DNA from: Schizochytrium sp. TIO01
Taxonomy: Eukaryota > Protista > Bigyra: Labyrinthulomycetes
NCBI GenBank assembly: GCA_004764695.1
Contig: SMSO01000031.1
Location: forward strand, 4,874,436-4,938,435
Length of the DNA: 64,000 nt
Direction of reading: 5' to 3'
The position numbers and the translations under genes were made by a program. This document shows, one piece after another, positions 57,056 through 64,000 of this stretch. Numbering within the stretch: position 1 is the stretch's first letter; each line of letters begins with the position of its first letter. The notes under the pieces are model-generated. The model saw only the letters and a program-made list of their open reading frames with translations. It made no database searches and had not been told where the DNA came from.

Positions 57056-58063
57056 ATGGGTGGCAAGAACAGCGCCAAGGATGGCAAGCGCTTCAATGTA
57101 GCAGTGCTCGGAGCTGCTGGCGGTATTGGTCAGCCTCTTTCCCTGCTCTTGGCTACCTCGCCTTTCGTGCAGCGTCTCCACGTCTACGATGTGGTCCCTG
57201 TCGTGAACGGAGTTGGCGTTGATCTTTCGCACATTAACACCCCCGTGGAATGCAAGGGTTTTGCTGGTGATCTCAAAGATGCTGAGGCTTCTGCCAAAAC
57301 CCTCCGCGAGGCCCTTGATGGCACTGATGTCGTTGTGATCCCCGCTGGTGTTCCCCGCAAGCCTGGCATGACCCGTGCTGATCTCTTCAACGTCAACGCT
57401 GGCATTGTTGCCAACCTCATTGAGGGTGTCGCCGATGCCTGCCCCAAGGCCATGATTTGCATCATCTCCAACCCTGTGAACTCCACCGTTCCCATCGCCG
57501 CCGAAGTTCTCAAGAAGAAGGGCTGCTACGACCCCAAGCGTCTTTTCGGAGTCTCTACCCTTGACGTGGTGCGTGCTCGTAAATTCATTGCTGAGAAGGC
57601 CAAGCTCAGCCCCGAGACTGTGGACATCACCGTCATTGGAGGTCACAGTGGTGTAACCATTCTTCCGCTCCTTTCGCAGGTTACGCCCAAGGTCGAGCTT
57701 AGCCAGGACGAGATCGAGGCCCTCACCCAGCGCATTCAAAACGCTGGCACGGAGGTTGTCGAAGCCAAGGCTGGTGGCGGATCTGCGACTCTCTCCATGG
57801 CGTACGCTGGATACTGCTTCGCGGCCTCCGTGATGGCTGGACTCCGTGGCGAGCCCGATGTCGTGGAGTGTGCGTATGTTCCCAGTGAGCTCACCAACCT
57901 CTCTTTCTTCGCCAGTAAGGTTCAGCTTGGACCCAACGGTGCTGAAAAGATTATCCCCTTTTCAGGACTTAGCGATTACGAGCAAAAGAAGCTCGAGGAG
58001 GAGGTCAAGACTGAGCTCGAGCAGAGCATCAAGCAGGGTGTAGACTTTGTTGCTAACCTCTAA
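57056..58063 (+). CDS. MDH: NAD-dependent malate dehydrogenase (mitochondrial/glyoxysomal-type clade); no transit peptide, C-terminal ANL
   Basis: [73 protein letters not shown] and [13 protein letters not shown]. The likely start is ACAATGG at 57056; the upstream in-frame ATGs lie in AT-rich, intron-like sequence. Confidence 0.95.
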   Translation: MGGKNSAKDGKRFNVAVLGAAGGIGQPLSLLLATSPFVQRLHVYDVVPVVNGVGVDLSHINTPVECKGFAGDLKDAEASAKTLREALDGTDVVVIPAGVPRKPGMTRADLFNVNAGIVANLIEGVADACPKAMICIISNPVNSTVPIAAEVLKKKGCYDPKRLFGVSTLDVVRARKFIAEKAKLSPETVDITVIGGHSGVTILPLLSQVTPKVELSQDEIEALTQRIQNAGTEVVEAKAGGGSATLSMAYAGYCFAASVMAGLRGEPDVVECAYVPSELTNLSFFASKVQLGPNGAEKIIPFSGLSDYEQKKLEEEVKTELEQSIKQGVDFVANL

Positions 58064-59036
58064 GTAGAGGATTTGATTTGCTCTACCATCCATGAGGCAC
58101 CCCCCTCTCCTAAACACGTCCTTTCGAGCTCCCTCTGCATGACATCCCATCTTTTTGCCATGCCGGCCTCCTGTTGCATCTACTCCTTTTACTTTCTTTA
58201 AGCAATCTTTTTTTTATCAGTCATCATGTCTGGTGCCTTGCTTGCTTGGCTGTAGCAACGACTCGGCCAGAGTTTTCTTGATTATGCAATCAGCTGTTTA
58301 CACGTTGAAGACCTTGCAAAAGGGTTCCTTTGTTTAGAACAAAACTCAACCCCGCCACTGAAGATAGGGACATGTTTTGGCGAATGAAGCTGAAATGCTG
58401 AGTAACTCGCGCAATGCTCTATATTATGTACCAACTTCGGCGAACTGTTACAGAATACCGATGGGCTCTACAATATTAATATAGCTCATTCTATGGATTT
58501 CGAGTGATTGTGATGTCACCTTCGTATTTGTTGGTTAGCCAAAGTCATATATTTCATATGGATAAAACTCAGGGATCAATTACTCATTTTCAAGATAATA
58601 TATAGTCGTTGTCGTAAAGATGAATGACATTTCGTAAGCCAAACGTGGCATCAAAAATTGTTGTGGAAAAGAAAATTAAGTTGAGGGAGTAAAAGGCACC
58701 CAGCTACGTGCCTATGAGCTGCAAATGAATCGCCCTCCAGGAAAAAGCATACAAGGAAAAAGGAAAACTATTAGGGACGAGGAGAAGAAAAAGTTGATAA
58801 CATCATATCTTACGAAATACACGTGTCCGTGCATGGCCGCAAGGGTATAGTAGTAGCTGGTGGTGTTGAATTAGCAAATGAAAGTGAATGGCTGTTGTGC
58901 CACGTATAAAGCGATTTGTGTTTTTTTGCATAACATAGATGGAGAAGGATGGTGTAATTAGATTCTCAAGGTAAAGCTTGGTGAATGAAGATAAGAGTAA
59001 TGGCTGAACGAACAGAACAAAACCAACCACTGTTAA

Positions 59037-59726
59037 TTACTCCGCAGGCTCTTCAGGAGCTGCTGCTTCTGAGTCCGGAGCTGGCTCTGCCTTGCCCGGT
59101 GCGGGGGAAGCAGCAGCCTGAGCAGCCTGAGCAGCTTGGGCAGCAGCCTGCTTGGAATCCTTCTGAACAGGCATGAAGAGCTTAAACTCAGGCGGGAGCT
59201 CATCCTCTGAGTAGAGGCGATCAGAAAAGTAAATACGACGAATACGACAGTTCGCATGAATCTGCACGCGGAGGGTCTCAATGTAGTTGGTGCCATATGC
59301 ACGGCGGCAAAAGTCGCTTAAGTTGAATTGGATCTGGTTCCAGCCCTCATCAAGGCGCATAGGCATTGTACAAATGAAAGGCTTCACTCTTGTGCTCGAT
59401 TGGTAGTTACTGGCGCGGAAGCGACGGCGTACATTCTTGTCATCGAGAATCTGAACCTCGAAAGTAAAGTACTTTTTCAAGTTCTTGATAATCATGACTA
59501 GAAAAGGAAGCTTAATGCCTAGTGTCTTCTTTGCCTCTGCCGGACAAGTGATATAATTCGTGCTCACATTAGTACCGATAATCTCCAAAACACTCGACTG
59601 AATGTCCATATCAGTGATACGCTTAATGTGACCATTGCGAACTTGCTTATCCCAGATCTGGAGCGGCTTGCTACCAATGCTGTACAAGATGGACAGGAAT
59701 CCTGACTGATAGGTGTTTCTGAACAT
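59037..59726 (-). CDS. CFAP20: Cilia- and flagella-associated protein 20 (BUG22/FAP20)
   Basis: Highly conserved [27 protein letters not shown]...[16 protein letters not shown]...[28 protein letters not shown], plus an Ala/Pro/Glu-rich tail. Confidence 0.97.
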   Translation of the reverse strand: MFRNTYQSGFLSILYSIGSKPLQIWDKQVRNGHIKRITDMDIQSSVLEIIGTNVSTNYITCPAEAKKTLGIKLPFLVMIIKNLKKYFTFEVQILDDKNVRRRFRASNYQSSTRVKPFICTMPMRLDEGWNQIQFNLSDFCRRAYGTNYIETLRVQIHANCRIRRIYFSDRLYSEDELPPEFKLFMPVQKDSKQAAAQAAQAAQAAASPAPGKAEPAPDSEAAAPEEPAE

Positions 59727-61779
59727 CTTGTTGCGCTTGTTGATACTGCTTCTGCTGCTTCTGCTGCTTCTGCTGCTTCGCTGTTGTTGGCCTTCTCGTG
59801 AACCCGAGCGAGATTGACCTTTTTAAACTTTGCTTGAGCGGCCTTGCTCAACAAACAAAATGCCAAAGTCAATAACAAACCAAGTGCGCTCTTGGAGAAG
59901 CGTCTTTGATATTTGATGCACGCTGCGAGTCTGCACGTGCGACAAGTTTCTACCACTGGCAGAAACCTCGATCTGCGCCAAACGTCTATGTTTTGCTTGT
60001 TTACCTTGTAGAACGTCTTCGCACTCTTAAGACGCTTATTTAGAACTAGGATGTTCGCAAACGGATGAATCGAGGAATGTTACTAACTAGCAGTGTGAAA
60101 TGTTTCTGTTGTTGCTTACTAGAGACTAGGTGTTCTTGCTATTCTAGTCTACCTTTTGATCTTCCTATTTATCTCTGAGTATCCTAGGTAGATCTAACTG
60201 GTCACTACGTTGTTTTTCGTTGTTGTATACCTTTACTTGGGCCGTACCCGGCCAATAAATGAATTCAATGTGCTCACTTGCGCACTAGTCCAGATGAACG
60301 AGTCTGGACACGAATACTTTTCCCTTCTGATCCGCAATGAAAAGTTGTTGTTCCTGCTCCCTATGCTGTCTATGTTTTATGTTTCCAACAATACAGCGCT
60401 TTCTACCGGCCACTGGGCAAAGCCTCTTGCTAGTTCTTCACATTGGATGCGGGAGGATGGAGTTGGAGAAAGCCTCGTGCCGCATTTTCTAAACGGACAA
60501 ACAGCGCCACCACTGCATGTTTTTTTCTCTCAAATCTTGCTCCTCTCCCTCTCATACACTATCTCCTTCACCACTGTATCATTTTTGTGATTCAATATTA
60601 TAAAAATACCCTCACAATAAAATCAAAAAATAGTTACCCTCTTATCTTTGTGACGTAGTGGTGTAGTGTCATCAATTCTATTTAAAATAAGACATCAACA
60701 CTAAAGTAACTGCTCTTCACAGACTATCTACACTGAAACATTTTAATGATTTTCCCCTATTCACCCACTGAGTATTGGAGAAAAGCTCTATGAAACGGAT
60801 CTCCTTCCCTTTTGCCTATTATCTAGTAGGTAGGTAGGTAGTACTAATTCTCTCAAAAAATGAAGAAATAATAATAATACTTATTTTTGAAGTTACCGCC
60901 GCAACCCTTTTTGCTGCGTCCCACTCTTCCCGGAATTCCGGGAGCTAGGTGCGCCAGTCCCATCGAAGATTCCACCAGCCAGAGCAAGAAGAAAGAAAAG
61001 ATGAGTACCTGCTTGCCTCCATTGAAGGCCCTCTTTTGAGCACGAGAGGGTCCCCGAAAGCGCCTGGACTCCTCTTTGCGAAGTTGCTTGTGTCGCAGGG
61101 ACTCTTTCTATGCATTTCTCTTGCCTGCATCTTGAGCTACTCGAAGCAGTAGATACCTCATAATCTGGGAGTGGAGCTACGATAGTTTGCAAGGTGTGTG
61201 CGGAGCTTTGTGAAAGTGGTTTATGCGCGCTTTAAATCACTTGTGGTCTTCTGCAGCAAGTAGACTATAGGGCAGTTACTATGGAGCAAAGTAGTGGGCT
61301 GAAGATGATTCGCTTATTTCTCTGAAGTCGGTTCCTGCTCTACTTCAGAGCAGGTCAGAGAACTAGATCCCAGCTCGATCAAACAAATCATGCCACTGGG
61401 CCCAGTTGAATGTCGCAGTCGAATCACCTGCGCCAGCACCACGAACCTGCCAACAAACCGTGCAGTCGCGGCGCCCCTGCAAAGGATATCTTCATGGGGG
61501 TTCACGTGCTGCGAGTAATTATCATGGCTTGCGAGAAAGCACGTGCAGGGTTCGTAACCTGCTGTACCATCTTCATAAACAGCTTCAGAAACGAATCAAT
61601 AAGTCGATCATCACCAGACAGTATCAGGATTTGCTTTTGCTGTTGTGAACATCCTCGTGAAACTCCACTTCGGAACGCGAAGTAGCGAACCCACCCGCTC
61701 ACTCACGCACGCACGATCGCCCGCTGTTCTGGGTCTGCCCCGTGGGCATTCAGATACTTATGAATCTAATCATACGTGT

Positions 61780-61950
61780 TTCATGACATTCATGTCATAT
61801 TCATGTCAGAATCTAATCATATATATTTCATGTCATTTATGTGCATTCATTTCATGCCATTTATGTGCATTCATTTCATGACATCCATGGCATTCATTTC
61901 ATGACATTCATGCCATTCATGCCATTCATGGCGTTCATTTCATGTCATGA
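61780..61950. repeat. Degenerate CATG/CATT-rich minisatellite (~23-nt unit ATTTCATG(T/C)CATTTATGTGCATTC with shorter CATTCATG(A/C) subunits)
   Basis: atttcatgtcatttatgtgcattc-atttcatgccatttatgtgcattc-atttcatgacatccatggcattc-atttcatgacattcatgccattcatgcc. Confidence 0.8.
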
Positions 61951-62727
61951 GAGTGAATTCCGTAGTGAGGGAGTGAAAGAGTGTTTTTTCGTCTTGCTGG
62001 CAGTTTGTCATTTGCGTATTGACCTTCGCACTGCAATGGCTGGGGTCCATGAAGATGCTTGTGATTCACGAAAGGAGGCTTTGCCCTCGCCCCCCCAGAC
62101 CCGACCTAGCTTTGGAGCCAACGAGGCAGTCAATTGAGCGATCGAACAGCCATCCCCGTGCCGAAGGTCTCCGTCGATATCGATTTCGACGTATTATGTC
62201 CCAGGAAGCAAAATCTTTCTTTTATTTATTGACTCTCTTTCATTTACTCTTTCCTCTTGCTACTGTTTTCCTAGGGTTTGCTAGGACGAGCCAGACCGAA
62301 TCAAATACCCGAGGCCCCAGCGATGATGAAAGCATTGCGTCCTCGCGTGGACCTGGTGATATGGGCTCGCTCATCCACGACCTTTGTCAGGAGCGGGGCA
62401 TGCGCTTTCATGCCTCCGGCTTGTAGATGGCCGGATGCACAGCGGTTCACGTCGTGCTTTTGCTTTCCATTGATTATGGATCTAAAAGTCCTAAGTTGAC
62501 TCGTAATCTATAGTATTACACAAAGAAAGGATCAAATAGATAAAGAAACAAAAAGAAACACAGTCAAAAGCAAGGAAGGAAAGCAAAGCCCAAACGAGCA
62601 AACAACCAGCAAACCCGTCTCGGTCCGGCACGGCTCCCGAAGTTTGGCGCACAGATTTGCTGTGTCTGTCTTCCCTGCCGCGGCTGCCCGCTGCACGCCG
62701 TCGCTTGTGGTCCCAGTTGAATCTGGC

Positions 62728-63393
62728 ATGGCCTCGATGCCTACTTCGCCGTCGCCGTCGCCTTCCTCGCCTGCCTCGCCCCTTGAGGTGTCTGCGTCTG
62801 TCTCGTCAGGGTCCTCTCCGGAGGCGCTCTTAGATGCGGAGCGCCGACGTAGCGCGGCTCTCGCCGATGAGCTCCAGGCTTTGCGTGCGCAACTTCTCCG
62901 CAATAGCGTGGAGGCAGAGGCAGAAGAGGAATTCCTCATCAACAAGTTGAACAAGAAGTTGACGCAACTCTTGGGCGAAAAAGAGCGCTTGGCACAAGAG
63001 GTGGAGCGCGAGGAGGAGCTCATCACCAACACGCTGCAGAAGCAACTTGCCCAGCTGCGCAGGGACAAGGTTGACCTTGAGAATAGGCTTGAGCAGGAGC
63101 AAGAATGTATGGTGAACAAGCTCCAGCGAAGGGTCGCGGTGCTCGAGAAGGAGAAGGACGAGGCTCTACGCAGACGTAGAGAAGAAAAACGGAGAGAACA
63201 GGAGTTTGTGCATGACTGCCTCGCGATTCTACAGCAACCGGTGGAAAAGGCAGAGAAGAAAGACCCTGCTGCACAAAAGGAGGCGATGGACGCGATGCTT
63301 ACGCTGCAGAGGAAGTTTCTGCAGAGACACTCGCATCTCAGAGAACGAAAGGACTCATCAGTGTCAGTGGCCACGCAGCACAGCGAAGGGTGA
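62728..63393 (+). CDS. CCDC6-like (DUF2046) coiled-coil protein
   Basis: The first ATG is at 62728. Repeated CCDC6-type motifs AEAEEEFLINKL, VEREEELITNTLQKQLAQLRRDKVDLENRLEQEQECMVNKL. The stop lies inside GG|GTGAGC, a donor-like site, so a further exon is possible. Confidence 0.8.
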   Translation: MASMPTSPSPSPSSPASPLEVSASVSSGSSPEALLDAERRRSAALADELQALRAQLLRNSVEAEAEEEFLINKLNKKLTQLLGEKERLAQEVEREEELITNTLQKQLAQLRRDKVDLENRLEQEQECMVNKLQRRVAVLEKEKDEALRRRREEKRREQEFVHDCLAILQQPVEKAEKKDPAAQKEAMDAMLTLQRKFLQRHSHLRERKDSSVSVATQHSEG

Positions 63394-64000
63394 GCTGCTA
63401 CAAATAGTCTCCCCAAGATTTTGAGGCCGACCTGAGCTACAATGAAGTTTTGCAGGTCTGAAAAACAATGGTTCAAATCGTTGCAGTCTGAACCTGTAGT
63501 CTGAACCTGCGAGATTTAGAAAGTTGGCTTATACCAGTCGTGACCTTGAACTTCATCTAATCGTGTGTTCGTTGCGTATGAATTTTCTCACGCTATGCCA
63601 CTTCATTTCCCTTTCTTCACGGGGATTTCCTTGTCTCGGTCATGATCGGCAGGCTTGTTTGTCCGATGTTTGGTTTCTGATGCATAAAAGAATACAGTCA
63701 GGAATAAAACCTGGAGAGGGAACAGTGGAGTGGGTATAGTTTTAATGTGCTCACCGTCCGCATTGTATATTTCTTATCCTTGCTTCTCCATCATAATCAC
63801 AATAATAAAAATATAATTCTTCACCTCTTCTCCTTCTTTCTTTCTTCAACAATGCAGACCCCAAGAGCAATCCGGTGATATCAATAATCTATAGAATTAT
63901 TTTGCCAGCTAAAGTTTTACTTATATTCCCCGGTTGAACGAAGCTCCCATTAGATTTTTGCTTATTTTCTGTAAAATATAGAAGCTTCGTATTTTGCCAC

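Noticed and set aside
56981-57739. 252-aa ORF antisense to MDH, and similar shadows within CBL-CGS, USP5, ABCA and BTAF1
   Set aside because: Antisense or alternate-frame artefacts of GC-rich coding sequence with no independent motifs.
5521-63393. Whole window as a functional gene cluster
   Set aside because: The genes cover unrelated housekeeping functions in mixed orientations, with no shared pathway beyond the speculative gelsolin-LISK kinase pairing.
62532-63476. 314-aa minus-strand ORF overlapping the CCDC6-like gene
   Set aside because: Ser/Leu/Phe-rich antisense shadow of a Glu/Lys-rich coiled-coil CDS.

Overview
Eukaryotic nuclear DNA. The coding regions are almost intron-free and GC-richer, and the AT-rich spacers are full of tetra- and pentanucleotide microsatellites. 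A flagellar CFAP20 gene is present. This pattern suggests a thraustochytrid/labyrinthulomycete-like stramenopile (inference, not proven). About 14 protein-coding genes are supported: a cystathionine beta-lyase/gamma-synthase fusion, a USP5/13-type deubiquitinase, a macrodomain-aldo/keto reductase fusion, an ABCA transporter with a 1-nt frameshift near its 3' end, an HSF, a small coiled-coil protein, BTAF1/MOT1, a SET-domain protein, a lifeguard/TMBIM protein, a severin-like gelsolin, a LISK-like TKL kinase ending in CaaX, a malate dehydrogenase, CFAP20 and a CCDC6-like protein. No rRNA, tRNA or CRISPR array was recognised. Three items stand out. (1) A plant-aprataxin-type, circularly permuted macrodomain is fused to an AKR with an intact catalytic tetrad and NLS-like motifs. 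(2) A two-enzyme transsulfuration fusion carries a transit-peptide-like leader. (3) A ~510-bp CACTA...TAGTG foldback element sits in a zone of inverted microsatellite pairs between the divergent ABCA and HSF genes. All family assignments come from motif recognition by eye; no database search was run.
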